Shown: positions 1 to 8,695, counted from the first letter of the stretch. The stretch is DNA of 11,220 nt from Atribacterota bacterium (GCA_038203565.1 JBBRDV010000043.1:1-11220); one strand, 5' to 3'. Notes: generated by a model not told the origin, from the sequence alone. Made by a program: numbers and translations.

Positions 1-16
1 AGAAGTGACAGACTCC

Positions 17-45
17 ATACTAACAAAGTTAGGAGTGGTTGTCAA
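17..45 (-). promoter_or_regulatory. sigma70-type promoter (P2) for a gene beyond the left edge
   Basis: Minus strand TTGACA (45-40), 17 bp spacer, TG-n-TAGTAT extended -10 (22-17). Confidence 0.65.
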
Positions 46-108
46 GAGTTATCTTTTCTATTTTGAAAAGAAATTTAAAATTTTTTCACATCTCTTCTGG
101 CAATTATA

Positions 109-137
109 ATTATAGTATAATCGGGGGAAAAATGCAA
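109..137 (-). promoter_or_regulatory. sigma70-type promoter (P1) downstream of pdxT
   Basis: Minus strand TTGCAT (137-132), 17 bp spacer, TATAAT (114-109). A second TATAAT lies at 108-103. Confidence 0.6.
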
Positions 138-170
138 GAAGATGGTGATTAAGAAAACATCATAATCATC

Positions 171-737
171 CTAAAAATTTTCACTTAAAAAATACTTATG
201 TACTCTCAAATCCTCAGTTAATTCTGGATGAAAAGATGATACCAAAATATTTTTCTGTCGGGCCATCACAATCTTTCCCATAAATTCAGCTAAAACTTTT
301 ACTTCCTTCCCTGCCTTCTGGATATAAGGAGCTCTAATGAATACTGCTTTAAAAGGTTTTCCGGAAAAATCTTCTATTTTTAAATCAACTTCAAAACTAT
401 CTACCTGTCTTCCAAAAGCATTTCTTTCTACCACAATATCGATTAAACAAAATCTTATCTGCTCAATGCCTATAACCTTATTTGCTAATAAAATCATACC
501 TGCGCAGGTTCCAAATATAGGCATCCCTTCTCTACCTTTTTTAATAATCTCTCGGTCTAAGCCATATATTTTAGCTAATTTACCAATAGCGGTGCTTTCG
601 CCTCCGGGAATTATTAATCTATCTATTTTTTCTAAATCTCCAACCGTTTTTACTTTGATTCCCTCAAAGCCACACCTTTTTATCATCTCTAAATGTTCTT
701 CTACTGCTCCCTGTAGGGATAATACTCCGACTTTCAA
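171..737 (-). CDS. pdxT: Pyridoxal 5'-phosphate synthase glutaminase subunit PdxT
   Basis: 188 aa class I glutamine amidotransferase with GVLSLQG, IIPGGEST, catalytic GTCAG, RNAFGRQVDSFE, FIRAP and FHPE. TTG start with AAGGAG RBS; directly downstream of pdxS. Confidence 0.97.
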   Translation of the reverse strand: MKVGVLSLQGAVEEHLEMIKRCGFEGIKVKTVGDLEKIDRLIIPGGESTAIGKLAKIYGLDREIIKKGREGMPIFGTCAGMILLANKVIGIEQIRFCLIDIVVERNAFGRQVDSFEVDLKIEDFSGKPFKAVFIRAPYIQKAGKEVKVLAEFMGKIVMARQKNILVSSFHPELTEDLRVHKYFLSENF

Positions 738-786
738 GATTACTCCTTAGCTCCTCTCTGGTTCATTTTTTAATCTAATTTTTAGC

Positions 787-1671
787 TTACCATCCTCTGT
801 CTTGCATCCGTTCAGCTGCGGCAATTTGAGAAATTTCTATCCCTTTCATCGCTTCGCCCAATCCTTCTGAAACTTGAGCTATAATTTTAGGATTATCGTA
901 ATGGGTAGTAGCTTCTACAATAGCTTTAGCCCTTATTTTAGGATTGTCTGATTTGAATATTCCGGAACCTACAAACACTCCATCTGCCCCCAACTGCATC
1001 ATTAAAGCTGCATCAGCAGGGGTAGCTATACCTCCGGCAGCAAAATTAACTACTGGTAATTTTCCTTTTTGAGCTACCTCTTGTAAAAGTTCAAAAGGAG
1101 CGCCTAATTCTTTGGCTTTGGTCATCAATTCCTCTTTAGGTATATTTTTTAATCTTCTTATTTCATCCATAACCTCGCGCATATGCCTTACCGCTTCCAC
1201 TATATTTCCTGTTCCCGGTTCTCCCTTAGTTCTAAGCATGGCTGCACCTTCTCCTATCCTACGCAAAGCCTCACCTAAATTTCTTGCCCCACAGACAAAA
1301 GGAACTTTAAAATTCAATTTATCTATATGGTAATTTTCATCAGCGGGAGTTAATACTTCACTTTCGTCAATAAAATCTACTCCTAAAGCTTCTAAAACCT
1401 GAGCTTCCACAAAATGTCCAATCCTTGCTTTAGCCATTACTGGTATAGTTACCATATTCATTATCTCTTTTATGATCTTAGGATCAGCCATCCTGGCTAC
1501 ACCACCAGCTGCTCGAATATCAGCCGGAACCCTCTCTAAGGCCATAACTGCTACCGCTCCTGCTTCTTCCGCAATTTTTGCCTGTTCTGCGTTCACCACA
1601 TCCATTATTACTCCGCCTTTTAACATTTCGGCTAAACCTTTTTTAAGTCTATAGGTACCTTTTTCTACCAT
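787..1671 (-). CDS. pdxS: Pyridoxal 5'-phosphate synthase lyase subunit PdxS
   Basis: 294 aa with the hallmark motifs [49 protein letters not shown] and the C-terminal MQDRGW. AAGGAG RBS. Confidence 0.98.
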   Translation of the reverse strand: MVEKGTYRLKKGLAEMLKGGVIMDVVNAEQAKIAEEAGAVAVMALERVPADIRAAGGVARMADPKIIKEIMNMVTIPVMAKARIGHFVEAQVLEALGVDFIDESEVLTPADENYHIDKLNFKVPFVCGARNLGEALRRIGEGAAMLRTKGEPGTGNIVEAVRHMREVMDEIRRLKNIPKEELMTKAKELGAPFELLQEVAQKGKLPVVNFAAGGIATPADAALMMQLGADGVFVGSGIFKSDNPKIRAKAIVEATTHYDNPKIIAQVSEGLGEAMKGIEISQIAAAERMQDRGW

Positions 1672-1712
1672 TTATTTACTCTCCTTTCCTTGCGTTCTAT
1701 TAATCTATTTAT

Positions 1713-1740
1713 ATTATAATAGAAAAAAATATAAAAACAA
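1713..1740 (-). promoter_or_regulatory. Putative pdxST promoter
   Basis: Minus strand TTGTTT (1740-1735), 16 bp spacer, TATAAT (1718-1713), about 40 nt upstream of the pdxS start. The AT-rich context lowers specificity. Confidence 0.4.
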
Positions 1741-1756
1741 CTACTATTTTAATATT

Positions 1757-1788
1757 CGCATCGAGTATATCGTATTACGTATTGTGTA
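1757..1788. repeat. Degenerate 7-bp tandem repeat (consensus CGTATnn)
   Basis: CGCATCG AGTATAT CGTATTA CGTATTG TGTA at an exact 7-nt period. Confidence 0.55.
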
Positions 1789-1819
1789 AAGAAATAGAAA
1801 AAAGAAATCATGTGCAAAT

Positions 1820-1856
1820 GAAGATACCGCAAATCTTGAGGACTTACGGTATCTTC
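1820..1856 (-). terminator. Long stem-loop after nifJ, probable terminator or 3' stabiliser
   Basis: Minus-strand RNA GAAGAUACCG-UAAGUC-[CUCAA]-GAUUUG-CGGUAUCUUC forms a 16-bp stem, fully paired only on the minus strand (G-U pairs). It is followed by AUUU rather than a long U tract. Confidence 0.65.
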
Positions 1857-1913
1857 TTATAATTAATACTTACTATCTCCTGTTAAGAGATTGTCTATAT
1901 TATAATTTATTTA

Positions 1914-4900
1914 TTATTTTTTTACAAAGGGTGAGGCTAAGTGTTCATAAAGCTTCCAACGTTTTAAAACCCCTTCTTGAGCTTCTTTTAACAATTTTTT
2001 AGCTTCCTCTGGCATAGTTCGGGTAAGCATTTTGTATCTATTTTCATTATATATATATTTTTCTAAAGGAATGCTCGGAGCTTTAGAATCCAATTGGAGA
2101 GGGTTTTTCCCCTCTTTATCAAGATCTGGATTGAATCTTATTAAGGGCCAATATCCCGATTGAACTGCTAACTTTTGTTGTTCTAAACCATGAATCAAAT
2201 TATAACCATGATGGATACAATGAGAATAAGCTATAATAAGGGAAGGACCATTAAATGCCTCTGCTTCCTGGAAAGCTTTAATCACTTGCGCATCATTAGC
2301 TCCCATTGCCACTCGGGCCACATATACATCTCTGTAAGACATTGCCATCATTACCAAATCTTTCTTGAAAGTCCTTTTGCCTCCAGCAGCAAACTTTGCA
2401 ATTGCCCCAAGAGGAGTTGCTTTAGACATCTGGCCACCAGTATTAGAATAAGTCTCGGTATCTAACACCAAGATATTAACCTTACGCCTTTGTGCAATAA
2501 CATGATCTAATCCTCCATATCCGATATCATAAGCCCATCCATCTCCACCTACAATCCACACACTCTTTTTAGTAAGAACATCTATCAAGCTAAGCAAGTC
2601 TTTTGCTTCTTCCTTGTCTATATTTTTTAATTTCTTTTCTAATATTTTTACTCTTTCTCTCTGTTTGTATAGTCCCTCCTCGGTAGACTGATCGGCTGTT
2701 TTAATTTCACTAACTAAATCCTTCCCTATATCAGAAGAAAGCCTGTCCAATAATTCTAAGGCATATTCAAGCTGTTTATCTATAGCCAGCCTCATACCTA
2801 ATCCAAATTCAGCATTATCTTCGAAAAGAGAATTAGACCAAGCTGGACCTCTGCCTTCTTTATTAAAGGTCCACGGGGTAGTAGGTAAATTGCCTCCATA
2901 AATAGAAGAACATCCTGTAGCATTGGCTATAACCGCTCTATCTCCAAACAATTGACTTAAAAGTTTTACATATGGAGTCTCACCACAACCAGCACAAGCA
3001 CCAGAGAATTCGAAAAGTGGCTGCAAGAATTGAACATTTTTTACTGCGCTAAGCTTTAACTCTTTTCGGTCTACTTCAGGAATTTCTAAGAAAAATTTCC
3101 AATTTTTAGATTCTTGTTCTCTAATAGGTGGTTGAGTAAGCATATTTATAGCTTTTAAGCTGGGGTTGGTTTTATTTTTAGCTGGGCAATTCTCTACACA
3201 AAGACCACATCCAGTGCAATCTTCAGGAGAAACCTGAAGGGTAAATTTCAACCCTTTAAATTGAGAATTTTTTGCTTCTGCAAATTTAAAATTTTCCGGT
3301 ACAGAAGAAAGCAATTTTGGATCATAAACCTTAGCTCTAATAACTGCATGGGGGCATACCATCACACATTTTCCGCATTGGATACAAGTATCTGGATCCC
3401 AGGCGGGAATTTCTTGTGCGATATTCCTTTTTTCCCATTGAGTAGTACCACTGGGGAAAGTTCCATCCGGAGAAAAGACACTAACTGGCAAATCATCTCC
3501 TTGTCCAGCGAGTATTTTTGCAGTTACTTTCTTTACAAATTCAGGCGCTTCTACTGGCACAGAAAGATGTTTCGGTAATGTACTATTAGGTTTACTTGGA
3601 ATCTTTACTTCATGAAGATTTGCAAGAGCATTGTCTACCGCTGCAAAATTAGTATTAACTATCTTTTCTCCCTTATTACCATAACTCTCTTCTATAGAAT
3701 GTTTTATAGCTTTTATGGCCTTTTCAATGGGAATAACTTTACTAAGAGAGAAGAAACATACTTGCATGATGGTGTTAATCCTTACACCCAAACCTACTTC
3801 TTTGGCAATCTTATAGGCATCGATTACGTAAAAACGTAGTTTTTTCTTAATAACAGTATCTTGAATTGAATATGGCAAGAAATTCCAAACTTCATCGGCA
3901 GTATAGGGACTGTTAAGGAGAAATACTGCTCCTTCTTGAGCAGTATCCAATATATCATAACGTTCCAAGAAAGAAAATTGATGACAGGCTACAAAATTCG
4001 TCTTATTAACTAAATAAGTAGAATGAATTGGAGTTGGACCAAACCTTAGATGAGAAATAGTAAGTGCGCCAGCTTTTCGAGAATCATAAACAAAATAACC
4101 CTGAGCATAATTATCGGTCTCTTCACCGATAATTTTTATAGAATTTTTATTAGCGCCCACAGTCCCATCTGAACCAAGACCATAAAAGACTGCCCGAGTT
4201 CTATCAGCTGGCTCTATGGAAAAATCAGGATCATAAGAAATACTGGTATGGGTTACATCATCATTTATCCCTATAGTGAAATGATTCTTAGGAACTTCTT
4301 TTTTCATCTCCTCTAATATTCCCTTTACCATAGCGGGAGTAAATTCTTTAGAAGAAAGTCCATATCTCCCTCCAATTATTTTAGGAGTCTTTTTGAAAGG
4401 GGCTATCCCTTCAGATATTCCTTCCTGTATTGCAGTTACTATATCAGTATAAAGTGGTTCTCCAATACTGCCTGGTTCTTTAGTGCGATCCAAAGCAGCT
4501 ATAGTCTTTACAGTTTTAGGGATAGAATGGATAAAATGTTTAATAGAAAATGGCCGGTAAAGACGAACTTTTACTAAACCTACCTTTTCTCCTTTTTTCA
4601 CTAAATATTCCACTGTTTCTTGCACTGCCTCAGCCCCTGAACCCATTAATATAAAAATCCTTTCAGCATCCGGAGCGCCAAAATATTGGAACAGTTCGTA
4701 TTTTCTTCCCACAACTTTCTCAAATTTTTCCATAACTTTCTGCACAATATCAGGACAATTAAGATAATAAGGATTGACTGTTTCTCTTGCCTGGAAGAAT
4801 ACATCCGGATTTTGGGCTGTACCCCTAATAAAAGGATGATCAGGAGAAAGTGCCCTTTTTCTATGAGCTCTTACCAAATCGTCATTAATTAAAGACTTCA

Positions 4901-5471
4901 TATCTTCCGGAGTTAAAAGTTCTATTTTAGAAACCTCGCTTGAAGTTCGAAAACCATCGAAGAAATGAAGAAAAGGCACCCGAGATTCCAGGGTTGCTAC
5001 TTGAGCGATTAAAGGAAAATCCATGGCTTCCTGAACTGAGTTAGAAGCAAGTAAAGCAAAACCGGTCCCTCTGGTGGCCATTACATCACTATGATCTCCA
5101 AATATGGAAAGGGCTTGGCAGGCTACTGACCGAGCAGCAACATTAAATACAGTAGAGGTCAATTCCCCGGCAATTTTAAACATGTTAGGAATCATTAATA
5201 AAAGCCCTTGGGAAGCGGTAAAAGTTGTAGTAAGAGCTCCTCTCTGCAAGGAACCATGAACAGCTCCCGAGGCACCTCCTTCACTTTGCATTTCTGTTAT
5301 CTGAGGAACAGTCCCCCAGATATTTGGCTTTCCCTCAGAAGCCCAAAGATCAGCAAATTCACCCATCGCTGAAGAAGGGGTAATCGGATATATGGTTGCA
5401 ACTTCGCTTAAATGATACGATGTGTGAGCAGCTGCGGCATTCCCGTCAATAGTAGTTTTTTTTCTGTTCAT
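1914..5471 (-). CDS. nifJ: Pyruvate:ferredoxin (flavodoxin) oxidoreductase, single-chain NifJ type
   Basis: 1185 aa with YPITPS, EMQSEGGA, TTFTASQGLLLM, GLGSDGTVGANK, two CxxCxxCxxxCP ferredoxin motifs, FSGACAGCGE, ANATGCSSIY and the TPP motif GGDGWAYDIG...YSNTGGQ. GGAGG RBS. Confidence 0.97.
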   Translation of the reverse strand: MNRKKTTIDGNAAAAHTSYHLSEVATIYPITPSSAMGEFADLWASEGKPNIWGTVPQITEMQSEGGASGAVHGSLQRGALTTTFTASQGLLLMIPNMFKIAGELTSTVFNVAARSVACQALSIFGDHSDVMATRGTGFALLASNSVQEAMDFPLIAQVATLESRVPFLHFFDGFRTSSEVSKIELLTPEDMKSLINDDLVRAHRKRALSPDHPFIRGTAQNPDVFFQARETVNPYYLNCPDIVQKVMEKFEKVVGRKYELFQYFGAPDAERIFILMGSGAEAVQETVEYLVKKGEKVGLVKVRLYRPFSIKHFIHSIPKTVKTIAALDRTKEPGSIGEPLYTDIVTAIQEGISEGIAPFKKTPKIIGGRYGLSSKEFTPAMVKGILEEMKKEVPKNHFTIGINDDVTHTSISYDPDFSIEPADRTRAVFYGLGSDGTVGANKNSIKIIGEETDNYAQGYFVYDSRKAGALTISHLRFGPTPIHSTYLVNKTNFVACHQFSFLERYDILDTAQEGAVFLLNSPYTADEVWNFLPYSIQDTVIKKKLRFYVIDAYKIAKEVGLGVRINTIMQVCFFSLSKVIPIEKAIKAIKHSIEESYGNKGEKIVNTNFAAVDNALANLHEVKIPSKPNSTLPKHLSVPVEAPEFVKKVTAKILAGQGDDLPVSVFSPDGTFPSGTTQWEKRNIAQEIPAWDPDTCIQCGKCVMVCPHAVIRAKVYDPKLLSSVPENFKFAEAKNSQFKGLKFTLQVSPEDCTGCGLCVENCPAKNKTNPSLKAINMLTQPPIREQESKNWKFFLEIPEVDRKELKLSAVKNVQFLQPLFEFSGACAGCGETPYVKLLSQLFGDRAVIANATGCSSIYGGNLPTTPWTFNKEGRGPAWSNSLFEDNAEFGLGMRLAIDKQLEYALELLDRLSSDIGKDLVSEIKTADQSTEEGLYKQRERVKILEKKLKNIDKEEAKDLLSLIDVLTKKSVWIVGGDGWAYDIGYGGLDHVIAQRRKVNILVLDTETYSNTGGQMSKATPLGAIAKFAAGGKRTFKKDLVMMAMSYRDVYVARVAMGANDAQVIKAFQEAEAFNGPSLIIAYSHCIHHGYNLIHGLEQQKLAVQSGYWPLIRFNPDLDKEGKNPLQLDSKAPSIPLEKYIYNENRYKMLTRTMPEEAKKLLKEAQEGVLKRWKLYEHLASPFVKK

Positions 5472-5533
5472 TATATTGAACCTCCATTTTTAAAAATTAT
5501 TTTTTATTCTGATCTATTTTCATTCTTGCTGAA

Positions 5534-6139
5534 TTATTTCATTTCTTGTCTGCCCATCAAGGCTTGAGTTAAAGTAACTTCATCGGCAAATTCCAAGCTT
5601 CCCCCTATAGGCACACCATAAGCAATGCGAGTGACTTTAATTTTTAAAGGTTCAATCAATTTGGTAATATAAGAGGCGGTAACTTCTCCCTCAATATTGG
5701 GATTGGTGGCTAATATTATCTCTTGTATCTTTTCAGTCTTTAGTCTTTTTAATAAACTATCAATCTTTAAATTTTCCGGTTCTACTCCGTCTAAAGGGGA
5801 GATTACTCCTTCCAAAACATGATATAAACCCTTATATTCCCCCGTATTTTCTATGGCGATCAAATCCCTTACCCTTTCTACAACACATATAATAGACTTA
5901 TCTCTATTAGTGTTCCGGCAAATTTCACATATCTCTTGATCGGTTATATTACCACAAATTGAACAATGTCTAACTTTTTCTTTGGCATCTAATATTGCCT
6001 TAGCTAAACTTGCAACACTTTCCGAGGAATTCTTTAAAATATAAAAAGCTAATCTCTGGGCTGTCTTGGGGCCTATACCCGGCATTTTTGAAAATTCATC
6101 AATTAATCTCGCAAAAGGTTTAGTATATCTAAAGGACAC
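5534..6139 (-). CDS. recR: Recombination mediator RecR
   Basis: HhH motif PGIGPKTAQRLAF, C4 zinc finger CSICGN..ICEIC, YHVLEGVISPLDG and Toprim ATNPNIEGE. GTG start with GGAGG RBS; canonical dnaX-ybaB-recR order. Confidence 0.97.
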   Translation of the reverse strand: MSFRYTKPFARLIDEFSKMPGIGPKTAQRLAFYILKNSSESVASLAKAILDAKEKVRHCSICGNITDQEICEICRNTNRDKSIICVVERVRDLIAIENTGEYKGLYHVLEGVISPLDGVEPENLKIDSLLKRLKTEKIQEIILATNPNIEGEVTASYITKLIEPLKIKVTRIAYGVPIGGSLEFADEVTLTQALMGRQEMK

Positions 6140-6151
6140 CTTTGCCTCCTC

Positions 6152-6460
6152 TTAAAATAATCCAGGAACATTCATTCCCCCGGTTAATTTACTCATTTCC
6201 TGAGCAGCCAGCTCTTTTGACTGACGTATTGATTCATTGACTGCTGCCAAAATTAAATCTTCTAACATCTCTTTTTCATTTGCATCTATTACATCTGGTT
6301 CTATTTTTATTTCTTTGATTTCTTGTTGGCCATTTATTACAATCTCAATCATCCCTCCGCCAGAAGAAACTCTAACTTCTTTCTGTGCCAACTCTTCTTT
6401 CATCTCTTCCATTTTTTTCTGCATAACTTGCGCTTGTTTCATAAGAAATTTCATGTCCAT
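6152..6460 (-). CDS. ybaB: YbaB/EbfC family nucleoid-associated protein
   Basis: 102 aa with MKQAQ.MQ, SSGGGM, EMLEDLILAAVNE and LTGGM..PGLF, lying between dnaX and recR. Confidence 0.95.
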   Translation of the reverse strand: MDMKFLMKQAQVMQKKMEEMKEELAQKEVRVSSGGGMIEIVINGQQEIKEIKIEPDVIDANEKEMLEDLILAAVNESIRQSKELAAQEMSKLTGGMNVPGLF

Positions 6461-6494
6461 TGCTTTTCTTGCTTCCTCCCTTCTTAAAAATACT

Positions 6495-8222
6495 CTATTT
6501 TTCCTCAGTAATCGTTCCTTCGAATAAATCTAATGATTCTTTAATTAATATATTATCTTTTATAATTTCATTACTTCTTGTTTTTAAATTATCTTTCTCT
6601 TCTTCTGCTTTTTTTTTGTTCTCTTCATTCCTTGTTTTTATAGCTTTTTCCCTATTTTCTTGTTCAACTTCTAAAACAGAGTCCTCTTTTCCATTGTCAT
6701 TAATAATACATTCTATAGTTAATATCATACCTGTCTCTGCTTTAATTAATTCTTGTAATAAAATTTTGTTATTTTTCTTTTCTAAACTCTCTTTGTGAAA
6801 TGTATATTCCTTATTAAACCCGATTATCAATTTACCATTTTCAATAGTGATTGAATTGTTAGCAATGATAAAAGAATAGACAGCCATTTTAGTTTTTTTT
6901 AACCTATCTAAAATCGCGGGCCATGCCTGCGCCAATTCTAAATCAATAGGTGACTCTTTCGCCTTAGTAGAAGAACCCTCATTGCTTTTAATTTTATCCT
7001 GAATCTTCTTCTTTGGTGGCACTTCCTCTCTTATTTCTACGTTTTTCTTTCCTGATATTGATACATCTTTCTTTGTGGAGAAGTCTAAGAAATACTCATC
7101 TTTTTCTTCTTTAACCTCTTTCAAAGAATAATTCTCAGCCGCAGTAAATTTGATCACTAACATCTCCAATAAAATCCAGGGGTGGCGAATATACCTCATC
7201 TTTCTTTCTGCTTCAGCCAGATAATCAACCATATTAAATAATTTTTCCATTTTAATTATTTTAGATTGCTTTAATAAACGTTCTTTATCTTCGATAAATA
7301 TACCCTGAAGATTCAGTATTTCTTTTTGGCAAACTTTAGCTAGAGATAAATTATGAACATACTCCATCAAGTTTTTTATAAATTGGGAGGGATCTCCCCC
7401 TAAATCAGATGTTCGGTTAATTATCTCTATCCCCTTAAGTGTATTATTCTTTATTATTGCCTCTATAAACTCAAAAAAAACCTCTTCTTCAATTATTCCT
7501 AAAACCTCACTGACACTTTGAGAAGTTACATCTTTACCGCAATAAGCAATTATTTGATCTAAAGCACTTTCAGCATCACGCATAGAACCCGTCGAATTTC
7601 GGGCTATCATATTTAAAGTCTTATCATTTATATTTAATCCTTCATCATTGGCAACCATTTTTAACTTAGTTACGATATCCACTAAAGATATCCTTCTGAA
7701 ATTAAACCACTGACATCGGGATAAAATAGTGCTGGGAATTTTATGGGGGTCGGTGGTGGCAAATATAAAAATCACATGTGAAGGCGGTTCTTCCAGAGTT
7801 TTCAACAAAGCATTAAACGCGCCTTGAGATAACATGTGTACTTCATCAATAATATATATCTTATATTTTCCCTCAGCAGGTGCAAAGTTAACTTTACTTC
7901 TTAATTCTCTAATGCTATCAACTCCATTATTAGAGGCACCGTCTATTTCTACTACATCCATAGAATAGCCATCGGTGATTCTAATACACCTCTCACATTT
8001 ATTGCAGGGATGAGGAGTTGACCCCTTTTCACAGTTTAATGATTTAGCTAAAATACGAGCGGTTGTTGTCTTCCCAACTCCTCTTGGGCCGGAAAAAATA
8101 TAAGCATGAGAAATTCTATTTAAAGAAATAGCATTAATTAAAGTTTGGGTAATATGTTTCTGCCCAATTATATCCTCAAAAGTCTGTGGTCTCCATTTGC
8201 GATAAAGTGATCGGTATTCCAT
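6495..8222 (-). CDS. dnaX: DNA polymerase III subunit gamma/tau
   Basis: LYRKWRPQTF, Walker A GPRGVGKTT, Zn module C..PCNKCERC, EIDGASN, Walker B IIDEVHML, LLKTLEEPP, SRC arginine finger and GSMRDA, followed by a charged linker and a tau C-terminal region. Confidence 0.97.
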   Translation of the reverse strand: MEYRSLYRKWRPQTFEDIIGQKHITQTLINAISLNRISHAYIFSGPRGVGKTTTARILAKSLNCEKGSTPHPCNKCERCIRITDGYSMDVVEIDGASNNGVDSIRELRSKVNFAPAEGKYKIYIIDEVHMLSQGAFNALLKTLEEPPSHVIFIFATTDPHKIPSTILSRCQWFNFRRISLVDIVTKLKMVANDEGLNINDKTLNMIARNSTGSMRDAESALDQIIAYCGKDVTSQSVSEVLGIIEEEVFFEFIEAIIKNNTLKGIEIINRTSDLGGDPSQFIKNLMEYVHNLSLAKVCQKEILNLQGIFIEDKERLLKQSKIIKMEKLFNMVDYLAEAERKMRYIRHPWILLEMLVIKFTAAENYSLKEVKEEKDEYFLDFSTKKDVSISGKKNVEIREEVPPKKKIQDKIKSNEGSSTKAKESPIDLELAQAWPAILDRLKKTKMAVYSFIIANNSITIENGKLIIGFNKEYTFHKESLEKKNNKILLQELIKAETGMILTIECIINDNGKEDSVLEVEQENREKAIKTRNEENKKKAEEEKDNLKTRSNEIIKDNILIKESLDLFEGTITEEK

Positions 8223-8273
8223 AAATACTCCCTATAATCTAATCTAAATTCAGAAAAAAAATTCCCTTCAAAT

Positions 8274-8542
8274 GATCGTGCACCTGCCTCCGATTCACCC
8301 TTCCAATCGGTACTAAGACAGTTTGCTCCAATCAGGTTTACCTGCGGCACCCAAAGAGATTTGCTTACCGCTGCTTCTTTCCAGATCTGACGGGGTTTGC
8401 AATTCTTTGCTGCACAGGGCCCAATCTTCATCACCACTTATCTTAGCCAGCCTCAAAAGGATAAAACCTCGGGTAGGAATTCAACCCTGCTGTAGCGGAT
8501 TGCAGGTTACAGGGCACCGCTATCTCCCCGTCTAGCACGACC
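8274..8542 (-). ncRNA. ffs: Signal recognition particle RNA, large (Alu-domain, Bacillus scRNA-like) type
   Basis: About 269 nt. The 5' GGTCGTGC pairs with the 3' GCACGATC. It has the Alu-like GGGGAGATAGCGGTGCCCTGTAACCTGCAATCCGCTA and helix 8 CCGTCAGATCT-GGAA-AGAAGCAGCGG, and lies immediately upstream of dnaX as in Bacillota. Confidence 0.93.
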
Positions 8543-8549
8543 ACAAAAC

Positions 8550-8643
8550 TGGCGGAGAGGGCGGGATTCGAACCCGCGTGACAGCTTTTGGCCGCCAAAT
8601 CGCTCTCCAGGCGATCCCGTTATGACCACTTCGGTACCTCTCC
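8550..8643 (-). tRNA. tRNA-Ser (anticodon GGA), CCA encoded
   Basis: Acceptor stem GGAGAGG/CCTCTCC, discriminator G plus CCA, anticodon arm ATCGC-CT GGA GA-GCGAT, long variable arm TGGCGGC-CAAAA-GCTGTCA, T arm GCGGG-TTCGAAT-CCCGC. Confidence 0.96.
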
Positions 8644-8666
8644 TTTATCTTTTATCTGACTAATAA

Positions 8667-8695
8667 ATAATAACCTTAATAACCATTAGTGTCAA
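8667..8695 (-). promoter_or_regulatory. sigma70-type promoter for tRNA-Ser/SRP RNA (and probably the dnaX operon)
   Basis: TTGACA (8695-8690), 17 bp spacer, TATTAT (8672-8667), with an A/T-rich UP-like tract upstream. The predicted start is about 17 nt before the tRNA. Confidence 0.7.

Noticed and set aside
1..170. T-box leader (pdxST is followed by serS in B. subtilis)
   Set aside because: No stem I or T-box motifs are recognisable in the visible sequence, and the downstream gene is outside the window.
740..766. 8-codon mini-ORF MNQRGAKE between pdxS and pdxT
   Set aside because: It has no RBS of its own and is expected by chance in a purine-rich RBS region.
337..6798. Plus-strand ORFs 337-750, 1112-1333, 1472-1654, 2190-2465, 3261-3578, 3612-3839, 4686-4892, 6237-6527, 6460-6798
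   Set aside because: They are antisense shadows of well-supported minus-strand genes, with no recognisable motifs.
8168..8535. ORFs 8168-8437 (-) and 8323-8535 (+)
   Set aside because: They overlap the GC-richer SRP RNA gene, which explains the lack of stops.
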